From Saprolegnia diclina VS20 (Eukaryota), in the NCBI RefSeq assembly GCF_000281045.1, contig NW_008246120.1, forward strand, positions 175,835 through 239,834: 64,000 bases of DNA. The letters run 5' to 3'. This document shows, one piece after another, positions 1 through 12,516 of this stretch. How positions within the stretch are numbered: the stretch's first letter is position 1; every line of letters starts with the position of its first letter. The notes below the pieces were generated by a model. That model worked only from the letters and a program-made list of their open reading frames with translations. It made no database searches and had not been told where the DNA came from. The position numbers and the translations under genes were made by a program.

Positions 1-181
1 CATGGACAAAGCGATGTACAAGTTGTCGCTAGTGGTCACATCCTAATACGTGGCAAGGCGAGAAGGCGCAACTTCAAGCTTGCCTGATCGTCGAAGATCG
101 GACTTGCCGTTCGATATCCGGATGCGCCGGTTGGGTGGGTCTATTTTTCGGGGGTTCATTTTCTGTCGGCTCGTCGCCGCC

Positions 182-1051
182 ATGGAGCTGCTCGCGAACC
201 AGGACATTTGCCAGAGCCTCCTCGAGATGAGCCCTCCGAGCACCGCGCATGCGCTGAGCGTCGTCGTCCTCTCGACGAACGGCCTCTGCGCGTATGGCGA
301 AGACGATCTCTTGTGGCGGCGGCTGGCGCAGGCCCACTTTAGCGAGGTCAACCCTGCGATTTTGCCGCATGTGGCGCTACCAATGCCGCCGTTCAAGGTG
401 CAGCTCTCGCCCGCGTGCAAGGCCTTTCTCGAGACATGCATCGAGCACGCTATCTTTTCGTCGATGCAGGTCGTCCGCGGCGACATTGGCCGCGTCACGA
501 GCATTGGCAGCACAAAGCTCGACTGCCTCATCTTTCCGTCCAACTCGTCGCTCCTGAGCTTTGGCATTGGCGCGGCCGGCGCCGTCTTCAACCGCGCGGG
601 CAAGGAGCTCACAGTGCTGCTTCGAAGCCCCGAGTTTCGCAACACGCGGCGGTATGTGGCCGATGCGGTCGCGACGCCGGGGTTCAAGGCCGGCGTCGAC
701 CACTTGATCCACTGCGTCGGGCCCTCAACGAACCGCCCCGACTGCGCCGCGACCTTGTACCGGACGTACTTTAACGCGTTTGAGCGCGCGCGCGAGGTCG
801 GCGCCACATGCATTGCGATCGCGTCCATCTCGACCGGGTCACTCGGCTTTCCGGTCCACGAAGCCGCGACGATTGCGATGTGTGTGTACCGCGACTACAT
901 CAAGGCCGTGCGGTGGCGCGCGCGGCTTGCGTTTGTCTGCTACGAAGACCGCGTCTTGGAGGCCATGACGCGCCAGCGCGATGCGATCCTAGCGGCGTTC
1001 AACGCCGGCAGCCTCGAGATGCCGACCGTCGAGCTGCGACGAGCGCCATGA
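182..1051 (+). CDS. Macro domain (ADP-ribose-binding) protein with possible N-terminal F-box-like segment; intronless
   Basis: Macro motifs VVRGDI, FPSN..L.FGIGAAGAV, HLIHCVGP, SISTGSLGFP; N-terminal DDLLWRRL resembles an F-box end; first ATG in a good coding context at 182. Confidence 0.8.
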   Translation: MELLANQDICQSLLEMSPPSTAHALSVVVLSTNGLCAYGEDDLLWRRLAQAHFSEVNPAILPHVALPMPPFKVQLSPACKAFLETCIEHAIFSSMQVVRGDIGRVTSIGSTKLDCLIFPSNSSLLSFGIGAAGAVFNRAGKELTVLLRSPEFRNTRRYVADAVATPGFKAGVDHLIHCVGPSTNRPDCAATLYRTYFNAFERAREVGATCIAIASISTGSLGFPVHEAATIAMCVYRDYIKAVRWRARLAFVCYEDRVLEAMTRQRDAILAAFNAGSLEMPTVELRRAP

Positions 1052-1511
1052 TTGTACTACTCTCGACCTCTATCTAATCATCCACCTCCATGCCCTCTGT
1101 CCGCACGTCCTATGTGCACCTTCTCCAGTACCCACCAACGATCTGATGGCCTGCCATTCAGCTCCAGTCGACTCTGCGAGCTCGAATCCAAGCTCCTGCT
1201 GGCATATTATCTCACGAACAGGCTCGACCACTTCCTCGACGCCCTTTGCGAGCTATCGAAGCAGCTAACGTGTTGGCCACGGAATGACGCATTGCAGCTG
1301 GATGGCCTAGTGCATGCGGGCCGACTGCAGCCACAGACACCAAGTGCAAGCAGCATGTATCGTCGATAGGATGGTGTGGACGTCGGTCGCGGGTGGGCGC
1401 AAGGCGCGTCGTCGTCGTTGGCATGGGCCAAGAAGGGAAAAAGACACTATATTTGGCTTGATCACGTCCTAGAAGCGAGTCGATCGAGGTAGCATAGAGG
1501 AGTCCATCCAT

Positions 1512-1936
1512 TTACGCCTTGAGGGCGTAGCGGCGCTTGGGGAAGTACGCCTCCTTCTTCTGCTGCTTGAGGGTCTTGATGGCCTTCTCCGACTTGGTGA
1601 GGGCACGGCGGATGGCGCGCGTCTTCTTCTCGCGGAGGTCGACCGGCACGTGCTTGCCGTTGCCGAGCTTCTCGCGAAGGCGCTCCTTCTGCGTCTGGTT
1701 GTACACCGTCAAGACGCGGGCGATCGACTTGCGGACCGTCTTGATCTTGGCAAGCTTCGAGGCGGCGCCGCCCGTGACCTTGGCGACACGGAGCTGGGCG
1801 AGTTCCTGCTGGAAGTCATCGAGTTCCGTGAGGAGCTCGGCCTTGGTCTTCGAGCGCAATTCGTGAGCCTTGATCTGGACTACACCATCATGCATGAGCC
1901 TCGTCCTCCTGCTTCCATGCATGCTTACGTACCCAT
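1512..1936 (-). CDS. RPL35: 60S ribosomal protein L35 (uL29); 4-nt first coding exon ATGG, intron 1880-1932
   Basis: [12 protein letters not shown]...[34 protein letters not shown]...[17 protein letters not shown]...TAG intron restores the frame. Confidence 0.97.
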
Positions 1937-2369
1937 TATTTATCTTTTGGTTCTTCCCTTTTTTGAATGAAATTCGCTGCCGCCAAGCGCCGTAGTCGCA
2001 CTGGCCAGTCACTCGGTCCCAGCTTTCTGCACCAACCAAGAATTCCCATCTTTTTGGCCAATCCGCACGCGACCCTCTATGAACGAATATGTTTAGCATA
2101 TCAAATGCGACAGGCTGTTGCCAACAGATCGATGCAGTTTACAACAGAGTATGACCGCGCGTCGATTGAACAGCGGCGACCGCGCCGACATGCACACAGC
2201 CCGACACGAGAGCGCTATCAGCAACACAGCGCAAGGTATATCGTATGAAGGTAGATGCACGACAGAAGCGAGAGCGTCGCGGTTCGGCGGGACCATATTG
2301 TTTTAAACACATGGTGCAAACGCGATCGCAAACCTGTATAATACAATTCAAAAGCGGCGCCAAGACACG

Positions 2370-2935
2370 ATGGACGACGTGTTCGACCTCGTCGACCGCA
2401 TCGAGGAGCAGTGCATTGTCCAGGGCCATGCGCAGGGCGTCGAGGAAGGCCGCCGCCTCGGCTTCCAAGAAGGCAACGACTTGGGGTACACCCATGGAAG
2501 ACACGATTTGACATGGACCTGACGAGGCGCGTAGCGAGGTCAAAGGCTACGAGATTGGCAGCGAAGTCGGCTTCTACCATGGCTGCTACCTGCTCTGGAG
2601 CGCAATGCTACTTGCTGATGCGTCGTCGCTGCCGCCGAGGTAGCCGCTCATCCTCTCGACAGAATGGTGTCGCCACAAAATCTTCTGGCACAGAGCGGTC
2701 AAATCGATCGAGTCGCTCGGCCAGCGCATTCGCAACTACGCCCTCGTCGTACGATGATACTCAGATCCTAGTCGTTCTTAGTTGAAATCGTGCGTAGAAC
2801 AGCCTCGATGAGAAGATCCACATGGACCTGCAGCTCATTCGCGCCAAGTTCAAGGTCGTGACGTCGCTCCTCGGGCACCCGTCGCTCGTCTTCAACGAGC
2901 AGAATGTCCTGGACCACAAGAACATGTCCTTCTAG
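2370..2935 (+). CDS. LTO1: LTO1/ORAOV1-like Fe-S assembly adaptor (Yae1_N family), about 4 exons
   Basis: Spliced translation MDDVFDLVDRIEEQCIVQGHAQGVEEGRRLGFQEGNDLG/EVKGYEIGSEVGFYHG.../LQLIRAKFKVVTSLLG; GX3 repeats. Confidence 0.8.
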
Positions 2936-2956
2936 TCGCTGCGACGATTAACTATA

Positions 2957-3947
2957 TCAAAACTGCCTACGCGTCGTGCTTGATTGCGGCGAGAAGGGCG
3001 AGCTCGTACGTGACAGCGCCAAACCCTGCATGACGATCGACCATCGCGATAGACTTGGATGACACGTACCGCTGATGTAGCGCAGACCCACAGGGACGGG
3101 CGACGTCTCGGGCGACCCCAGCGGGTTGATCAAGATGACTCGGGCGTGGGAGAGCTCCATAGCGCGTCGGATACCGGCGCCAAGCAGGCCTACGAAGCCC
3201 AATCATGTGCAGATCTGCGAATCGTTTGTAACTTGACGTACCACCGGTGTTGAGGACGATGGTGGTCGACGCAGCGCTGGACAAGAGCACGTCGATCACA
3301 GCGCCTTCGTCGTTGGTGTGCGACGAGGTCAGGGAAACGCCCTTGGCGGAGGCTCGCAGTTGCGCCTCAAGCCGACTCCACGATACCTGCGTCCTAGAGG
3401 AAGCGCATGAGCCATCGACAACACATGACACATGCATGCCGTACCCCGCGAGAACGTTGCCGTGGACGAGCGAGCACGGGCCGTTGAGAATATGCACGTC
3501 ACCAACCACCGTTGACGTGGACCACACAGGCGTCGTTGGTGCTGCCTGCACGGGCGTTGGTGGTGTTGACGTGTAGTGCGCTGGCTGCGGATCAATGTAT
3601 CGAGGCACCGGCGGGCGAGGCTGCTCGATGCGCCGTGGCGACGTAGGATCGTAAGCCGCATCGTCTTCCTTGTCGGGCAGTGGGCCCAAGAGCGATGAGA
3701 GTTCTAAGATCGACGTGCATATGCTGCGCATTCAAGCTCGGGTTGTAGTACCTGCATCGAGGAGGTCCATGTCGCTCTCGTACATCTCCTCGGCTTCGCT
3801 ACGTGTCGGCGCATTCGAAGGCGACAACGTCGTCGAGTGGACGCTGCCAAAAAGGTTGGGCAGAAAGTAGTCGTCAGCCGTCTTCTTCGTCGCGTAGGCA
3901 CGCCGCCATGGACCGAGGCGCCGGGCGGCCGCTCGCACCTGCCACAT
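2957..3947 (-). CDS. Putative mitochondrial protein with a degenerate type II dehydroquinase (AroQ)-like C-terminal domain; multi-exon
   Basis: Arg-rich N-terminus MWQVRAAARRLGPWRRAYAT; motifs VHILNGP, RLEAQLRASA, HTNDEGAVID, IVLNTG. Confidence 0.55.
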
Positions 3948-4135
3948 GTGCTGCTGCTCGCAGTTGTTCGGATATAAACCGGATTCGGATTCGAAGCTCC
4001 GTTGGGTTGGGACCGATGGCGCACGGCAAGACTCCAACTCCATCGACGTCGTCACGTGAGCATTACACAAGACGCACATCAAACATTATCACTGGACTGC
4101 GCGACGAACAATGCGGCATAAATACGGTCGTCAGC

Positions 4136-4608
4136 CTAGTCCCAGCGCACCACATTGCGGCTGCGCTTGGCCACAGCCACATGGGATTTGGACGACGACG
4201 TGCGTATAAGGCTAGCTTGATGGATGATCTTGCGCGGAAGGCCCGTCGACAAGATGCACGAGCACGTGGGGAGCTTTCGGATGATGCGGATGGCGGGCAG
4301 CATACCATCGCTGTAGAGTTCGTCACAGTCGCCTACGTCAAGATGAGCGCCATCCCAGCGGGCCCACGTGTCAATCGATGTACCTGCGGGATCGGCATGG
4401 GTGTCGCGCTTCCATTGCACCACGCAGCAGCCTTGGGCGCTCTCCCATGTTCGCCGCGCCGCGCCATTGAATGACTAGCAAGCAGCAGTACACGCGTTGA
4501 GGGGACGAGGCATGTAGATATGTCTACCTGGAGGCGGCGCTTCGGGTGCAGGTACATGGGCGCGACGTCTGCGCGGCCGACGTAGCACGAGCTGCTCAAG
4601 GCGCCCAT
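4136..4608 (-). CDS. Small hypothetical protein (MGALSSSCY...), probably 2-3 exons
   Basis: ORF segments joinable through GT-AG introns; no recognisable domain. Confidence 0.3.
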
Positions 4609-5775
4609 AAAAGCTCTTCGGAAAATGTGGTCCCGTCGTGACTGGACGTTTGTATGCTGTTGAAGCGAGCGAGAAGATTGCAACGGTGATCTGGTCATGG
4701 CTATCCGTACCCGTAACCGGAGGCTCTCGGTATCTAAGATCTTATCAAGCGCTCTTTATTTAAAGCGTGATGTGGGATCGAAGTTCGAAGTCGTGGCGGT
4801 GTGACTGATGCACCGCAAAATGGGTTAATGGGTTAAATAACTTCAGGATTTCCGATCCGAGTCATCATCCCAGCAGGCGGCGGCTTGCATCAAAAACACC
4901 ACCGCACTCGAGTCATATGCTATCGTAGCGAGAGGTTCGCAAAGCACCACATCGTCTTCGAAAAGGTGGCGAGGAGGGCAAGCCGACCTTGCTGCGGACG
5001 AGTGGTCGGCCTTGAAGCACTGAAAAAGTACATCTGGATCTCGTTGTTTGCAGGTGCAGGTTGTCCATGTTGCAGCCCGACGACACCAACGCGACACCCT
5101 GATTGCTTTCCACGCAATGAATCGTAACTTCTTTGGCAAAGAAGAGACACAGAGGTCCACAACTGAGCTCCCCAACGTCCTTCTGCAACCAGCTTCAATT
5201 GGTGCCAGTGGCGACTGGGCGTTCCACGGAAGGGGCACACAACAACGGGCTCATCCCTCTTTGGAGCGATCTCGCACGAGCGATAGCACCAGTGGCCGCT
5301 GACCTCAAGAGCGAGTGTGGTTTGCATCGCAGTCTTGTTTCTGCTACACATTGGGTTGCATCATTTCCAGCGCTCTTGTACGAAGGCTGAAGAGGATGAG
5401 TATACCGCAATTAACGTCGTTTAACGCCTATTTGCGTTGTTTAACGCATGCGCCCTGTGGCCTCGACTCGAAGTCGGGATTCGTGTGCTGTCCATATACA
5501 CTTGGTGTTTCTATGGAAAGTCAAAACTACGACGGCGAAGTTGATGACATGATGACTCCGGCGGCGTTAAACGCGGTCGTATACAACGCGCCAGTCAAGC
5601 GCGATGCTGCTGCGACATGTAGAAAAGGACACCACCAATCAATCGCGGCGGATTTGATTTTTTTGAAGACTTGGAGTTTGTATCGAAAAGCGCGCGATTG
5701 CATTTAATTGCAGCTGCAGGCCGGGCGCCAGACGTGGGCAGTACACGGGTTCCGACGCTCCATCTCGGCGCCAGA

Positions 5776-7073
5776 ATGGACTTTGAGGATTTGTCGTCGA
5801 TGCAGATCGAGGACCTCGGCAACTTCCTCAACGAACAGATGACCGACGGCGACGGCGACTCGTGGAAAGGCTTCTCGCTCGGCTACTCGGACGAAGACGG
5901 TTCGCCATCGCGGCCACAGGCGCCACCGACGACGACGACGATGGCCCAGGACTTTCACCAGGCGACGGCGTCACTCTTGAGCCTCCCGAATTCGCCGTAC
6001 CCGACGAGCTTCCAGTCGCGCCAGGTTATCGAGTCGGCGATGCTCGAGTTCAACGAGTTCTCGCTCGAAGACAAGATTGCACAGCACACCAAATCCAAGA
6101 TCCATTCGATGACCAACTTTGAGCCCTTCCCGATGCATGGCATGCCGCCGCTGGCTTCAATGCCCCACAAGCCACAGTCTCATCCGCAGCCGACAATGCA
6201 GTCCGCCGCTGAGCCGCGCGAGCAAGTGCCGGCCCACGCACCGCAATGGTTCAAAGCGGCGAGCCCAGTGGTGTCGTCGCATGCGTCGACACCAACGCAC
6301 TCGTCGCACCCGTCGCCGACGACATCGACGACCAACACAATGAAGCGGTACGTGCTTAGGCCATCTTATTCCAGTGGCTTATGGCGTGTAGACCGTTCGC
6401 GACCATGGAGGCCTGCAGCAGCGACAGCTGCAGCACGATTGCTAACAACGACGACGACGACCGCGGGTACCGGAAAAAGTCGCGTGAAAAGATGCGTCGA
6501 CAAGAAGTCAACGTCAAGGTTGGACAAGTCTCATTGAGCTCTGACGGTGCTCATGCCTTCGTTCTCCCACGTAGTTTGACGAGCTCACAAGCCTCTTGGG
6601 CATGAACGACAAGGTCCGGAAGAGCGCCGTGCTCCAAGAAGCCGTTAGCTGCATCAAGAGTCTGCGCCGCGAGCGCGACGAGCTCCGCAACGACCGCGAC
6701 CGGCTCAAGCAAGAGCTGAGCAAGCTCGCGTCCTGCTTGCAGTACTCGCACATGGGCTCGATGGCCGCCGCAAACGCGATGGTCATGTCGCAGCAACTGC
6801 CGCCGCAGCACACCGCACCCATGCCGCCTCCGGTATCTCTCTTTCCATCGACGATCGAACGATTTGAGATCTTACCAACGCGCGTAGGGCGTCTGCTTTC
6901 CGATTGGCGCTAACTTTGGTTTCAACTTTGGCTCGTACATGAACCCGGCGCCGTCGGGGGCATCGACGCCACTGGCCATGTGCCCGCCGATCGCGCCCAA
7001 GCTCGAAGCGTCGCCGGGTGTCGGCAAGCCGCCGTCGTCGGCCACCAATGCGGGTGGCAGCACGCAACTTTGA
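5776..7073 (+). CDS. bHLH(-zipper) transcription factor, multi-exon
   Basis: RKKSREKMRRQEVNVK/FDELTSLLGMNDKVRKSAVLQEAVSCIKSLRRERDEL followed by a coiled coil. Confidence 0.88.
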
Positions 7074-7852
7074 ATGGCGCATCGTAGACCCATAGATATT
7101 GTACTTGGACGAGCTTCGTACGCGCTCGTAGTGGAAGGAGCCTGGCGAGCAACCACGCCGTATTTTGTATGTACATTGCTTTGCATGATCGCATGTTGCT
7201 GGATTGTTCCGTGGGGCATCGCCTGGGTGAGCGTGGCTGGCCACATTGGCGAGGCCGATTTGACGCGAGCAGCTGGCAACGCCCACCGTGGACGACGTTC
7301 TTGAAGCTGTCGACGACAGTTGGATACGACGCTGCCGTGGCGCAGAGGCCAAAGATTCGCGCATCGACGATTGCCGACTGGACAAAGCATGCATCGTGTC
7401 CCATCTCGACCATGCTCGGCAATGGGACGGTGCTCGCCGGCGCGGGTGTCGAGGTGTCACAGCTGGAAAAGTCACACAGTAGCGTGACCGGATGAGCGAC
7501 AGTCGACGGTCTCAGGCTCATGGCGCAGCACAGACGCTAATGTGACGACGTCTTGCGCTCGCCGCCAAGAAGGCCAGCCGGGAGTGTTGAAGTGCCGGCC
7601 GCCGGCGGAGACGTTGCAGCTGACGCTAACCTCAGCGCGTCCGGCGTCCTACCTGCCATTCGCACCTGCTTCAACCGATGGCGCCTGGCGTGGTCATGAT
7701 GCGCCAGCGAGAGCGCGTTCATACCATGTTGATACAAAGGCGATCATCCGTCATGCACGTGCGCGGCCATCATTGCGGCGCTGGGGTTTCGCTCTGAATT
7801 GATAATCCGGTTACTGTCCGGATACCATTCGTGTTCTGTGGTCATATTCCAA

Positions 7853-10494
7853 ATGAGCGCCCACGTAGACGATCTCCTCTTCGACGACGACGACGACGAT
7901 GACATGGGTACGTGGCGCCCGGACGCGCGGGGCATGATGCATCGTATCGCGAGGTAGGTGGTGTCGAGGCCATGCAGGGCTTTGTCCACCCGCCGGCGAC
8001 GCTTCTTCAGCCGCCTGCGTCCATCGTCCAGCCACCCGCGTCGCTCGTGCAGCCACCAGCCTCGCTCGTGCAGCCACCAGCCTCGCTCGTGCCGCCGCCG
8101 GCCTCGCTCGTGCAACCACCTGCGTCGCTCGTGCAGCCTCCTCCGTCGCTGATCCAGCCACCGGCGTCGATCGGCATTACGGCGCCGCCGATCGCAGCCA
8201 CGCCCATCGCGTACCAGCCGTCGCCACCAACACAGGCGCTTCCGGACGACAAGCTGCGCAAGCTCTTCCAAATCATTCAGACGCGTATCAAGGACAAGTA
8301 CGTCCCTATCTACAACGAAGTCAAGGCGCAAGGCACGCCGTTGAAGGTCCATCCTTGGCCTGTCCTTCGACACCCTTTCTCATCGTCATCCTCTCTAGTC
8401 GGACATGACGGCGATCCTCGAAGTCGTCAAGAAGCACATTGGCGAGCCAATGCTCATGTCACTCATGCAAGAAATCGGCGGCTTCCCCGTACGAGCCTAT
8501 CTCAATGGTCCATCCTATAACCCCACGCCTGTCTAGATGAACCGCGTCGTCGGTGGTTTTGGCGACGTGCTCAAGACGGAGCCCGCGCGGTTTGCGTCAC
8601 CGCCGCTCCAGCCCGCGCCGACCGTGCGCACGCCGCCGGCCGAGCCCGCGCGTCCGTCCGCAAACGAGTCGGAGAAGATTCGCTTTGCGCGTCACTTGCT
8701 CAGCCATGCGTCGACGTGTCTCGTGACGACGGGCATGTGCCAAGTACGTCGCCGCGCGTGCTTTCTCAAAGTCAACTCAAGAATGCCTTGTAGATCAAAA
8801 AGTGCGATGATATCAAGCGCTTTTTCAAGCACAGCACTGCGTGCAAGCTCGGGCGCGACTGTTCCCACTGCGAGCAACTGCGCACACTGGTCAAGCTCCA
8901 CGCAGAAGACTGCTCGGTGGTGACGCAAGGCCACTGCCCGATTCCGTTCTGCAATGACATTCGCAGAGCCGCCGGTACGTCCCATTGTTGCGACGCAAAA
9001 TGACACGTACTGCAGCCAACCGCGGTGGGCCCAAGACCCCAGTCAAGCCCACGTCGCCGCCCAAGACCATCACCAAGCTGCAGCAGCGCCAGGCCGCCGA
9101 CGAAGACGACGCGCCGTCCAAGAACCAGCCGGCGAAAGCGAGTCCGCCGCCACCGAAAATGGCGCCGCAAGCCGCCGAGTACGGTCGGATCCTGCAGCTC
9201 ATTTTGCACTGCAAAAACTGCTTGGTGCCCAAGTGCCCATACAATGGCTGCATCGAAGCGAAGAGCCACATGCTCGAGATGCGGAACCCGGAAACGAATG
9301 TGCCCCGGGCGCAAACGTTCCGCCAAGTGTACAAGCACTACGAAGCGTGCAAGAACGACGCGTGCCCCGTGTGTACCATGGGTCGCCAGCAGCTCGCAAT
9401 GGACGCTGCGCCGTCGACGCCCGCGGGCAAGATCACACCGCGCAGCACGCCGACGCTCCACGTACCGACCGCGAGCTCGCCGCGGTCGCCAAACCACGGC
9501 ATCGCCAAGAAGAAAACCCCGAAGAACCCGACGACGATTGCGCGGCCGGACCCGACCAAGTCGATGTATGGCATGCCGTCGGCCATCGACACGTCGTCGT
9601 CATCGATTGCTATGCACAGTGGCACCGAGTACGAGGACCTCGTGCCGACAAACGCGAACGATCTGCGGCGTGAGGCCGACGTCCTGACCCACACCAACAT
9701 TGATCCGACGCAGGAGAAGCGCATTATGCTGGCGGGCGTCCCGAAGGCCAACTTGCTCGCGTCCAAGAAGGAAACGTGGATGTACAGCGACGTGTTCCAG
9801 TCGCACGTGCTCCAGCAGACAATGCAGAAGGCGCTTTTGCAAGCCGGTGTGCACGCAACGGACGAAGCGAGCGACATGATGGGTCTCGCGTTGCACGAGT
9901 ACCTCAAGCAGATTCTCGAGGAGATGGTCCACGTGTCCAAGCAGCGCTGTGATAGCCACGCCCTTTTGCTGCCGTCGACCAACGGCGCCGCGACCTTGGT
10001 AGGATGCTCCGGTTCGAAATGGAGCTTTCTCATGTCTCTGGTAGACGGCCGTGGACATCCTCAAGGCGAGCACGGACGATTCGTTTGCAAAGTTGCGCGA
10101 TCTCGACTTGGGCTTGCGCGCCGAGCTGCTCGAAGAGGCCAAGAAGGAGGAGTCGACCGAGAAGGACAAGGGCGGGAAGCGCCGGAAGGCCAAGGTGGCC
10201 AAGACCAGCGCAACGTCGGCGCCGAACCGCAGCGTCTTGGACGGCAAGGACGAGGAGGACATGGATGTCGAAGAACTCGCGCGGAAAGACCTCAAGGCCA
10301 AGCTCGTCTTAGAAGGCGCGGTGATTGATGGCCGTGTGAATGCGTCGATCTCGGTGCGCCGCCCCAAGCCGGTCGAGAACCAAATTACGATGGAGGACGC
10401 CGAGTACTGGCTGCGGTCGCAAAAGCCGTACGTCGACGCCAAGCTCTTTTGCCGGGCTCAAGCCGCGCGCATCCAGACCAAGTCGCTGCAATAA
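7853..10494 (+). CDS. TAF4: TAF4-like TFIID subunit with Pro-rich repeats, an RST-like helical region and two TAZ-type zinc fingers
   Basis: TAZ-like HASTC...C..C...KLHAEDC....HCPIPFC and LILHCKNC..PKCPYNGC...KHYEACKNDACPVC; histone-fold-like MGLALHEYLKQILEEMVHVSKQR; C-terminal ITMEDAEYWL. Confidence 0.7.
8008..8172 (+). repeat. Coding 21-nt tandem repeat (QPPASLV, about 7-8 copies)
   Basis: Repeated cagccaccagcctcgctcgtg units. Confidence 0.95.
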
Positions 10495-11048
10495 GCACTG
10501 AGATCCTCTGCGCGAAGATCGCCAGCAGTCATTCTTCTAGGGGTAGGGTGCGCTGCCGGATTCGACCCGGTATACAAACTCTCATACAACCCGATCAGAC
10601 GGCAGGTTTATTTTTGGGTTGTTACACTTTTTATTCCGACTGTTTTTTTTCGATACAAACAACAAGATACAATAAAATCCGAATAAAATACCAGGGGTCG
10701 GGGACCCGGCCACCTTTTCACGCGGTCGCTCTTCTTCGATGTTTGACTTGGTATTTGTATACTCGCCCGACACCGCGGCGTGTTTCTATTTTTATCTTGC
10801 GTTACGTGTCGCAAAAAAGGAGAAAATGGTGTTCAAAAAGGGGGTAACGGCACTGCGTACGACAAAAAAGGTGGACGGAAACGTCGCTCACACTAGTGAA
10901 TACTAGGGATGAGACCCCTTTTTGTCAGTGGCGAGGGGCGGAAGATCCACGTCGAAATTCGAAGTTTAAAAAGTCACTGGGACCGAGAGTGGTCTCATTT
11001 TAGCTTTGACGCTGCCGTCCATTTTTAGCGTCGGATCTTCCTAGCACG

Positions 11049-12433
11049 ATGGGCCGCAAGAAGATCAAGATCCAGCGCATCGACGATGACCGCAACCGCC
11101 AGGTAGACAGTACATGCTGCCTGCGGCCATGGCTGAGCTGCGTGTAGGTGACCTTTGCCAAGCGCAAGACGGGCATCTTCAAGAAGGCCATGGAGCTCTC
11201 CAAGCTCTGCGACTGCGAGATCGCGCTCATCGTGTTCGACTCGAACGATAAGCTGTACCAGTACTCGAGCACGAGCGTCGACCAGATCTTGCTCAAGTAC
11301 ACCGAGTACGGCGAGCCGTACGAGACCAAGGACAATAGCGACGTATGCATCGAGTCTCATGTTGCAGCAGCTCATGATGCGCTCTGTAGTACGACGCGCT
11401 CTTTGGCGAAAACAAAAAGAAGCCAGGCGACAACAGCAGCAACAACAATAGCCCGTACGGTGGCCTCTCGTCGCACGAGAGCTCGCCCGCGTACTCGAGC
11501 ATGGGCACGCCCAACGACCGCATGCTGCCGCATGGCGTGTCTCTCGGCCTCACTAACGACGTATGTGCCATGACACGACGCGACCATCTCGCTCACGCCT
11601 TTGCCCATGTAGCCCGACCAATATGTCCTCAACAACCACCGGAACAACATGGCGAAGAAGCGAACGCCGAAAGGATTTCAGCAATTGCTGCAGAAGAAAG
11701 ACATGCAGTACCTTCCGCCGCAGCTCTACCAGCACAATGTACGCTCTTTCTAAAGCACGCTATGGTCGCTCATGCAACATGCTAGCTCGGGATGCTCTCG
11801 TCGATGCATGGCAGCAACCAAGGCATGCTGGGCGCGCTCCCGAGTCCATCGAATCTGCACGGCATGCTGCCGTCGCCCACGAGTGCGTGTGTCTTGTACT
11901 AGCTCGACAACGAATCTCACGCTGCATGCTACGTAGCTGCCAACATGCTCCTCCGCCACGACTTTAGTCCGCAAAACGGCGACGGCCCGCCCGGCGGCCA
12001 CATGCACCTCGGGTCCATGGGCAACGAGATGGGTGACGACAAGAGCGTGCTGGGGCTCAACCTCGGCCCAAGCGACTTTGGCCACCACAAGCAGTCGAAC
12101 AATATCGCGTACCGCGACGCAGCCTCGGCCGAGAGCCACCATGCGCACATGCAACAGCAGCAGCAGCAGCATAATCGGAACGACAGCATGCGAGGCCACT
12201 TTGAGCAACAGTTGCGCGCGTCCGACGAGATGGTATACGACGACCGACGCAGTCAAGGACACGGCAGCAACATGCACCAGCACGGGTATGACGGACGCAT
12301 GGGCCATGACGTGGGCGATCTGGACGACGACGACGACCGCGGGCGAAAGCGACCGCATCCCGAGTCGGCCAAGCGCGGCCTCGTGCTGGACCCGGACGCG
12401 GTCTCGAAGCGCACGCGCGTCGCATCAATATAA
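11049..12433 (+). CDS. MADS-box transcription factor (MEF2 type), multi-exon
   Basis: [48 protein letters not shown]...[11 protein letters not shown]. Confidence 0.95.
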
Positions 12434-12516
12434 CGACGCGCCTTTTGTTGCGTAGCGACGTATTCGTGGTAGATGATGAGAGCGAACACCCTTAATATAT
12501 ATTCGTGGCACCCGTC

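Noticed and set aside
1052..1511. Short ORF RLCELESKLLLAYYLTNRLDHFLDALCEL
   Set aside because: No supported start, splice model or recognisable domain
7074..7750. Overlapping ORFs between the bHLH and TAF4-like genes
   Set aside because: No coherent gene model or motif; a small gene cannot be excluded
10600..11030. CArG/MEF2-like sites upstream of the MADS gene (autoregulation)
   Set aside because: Only imperfect matches in AT-rich sequence
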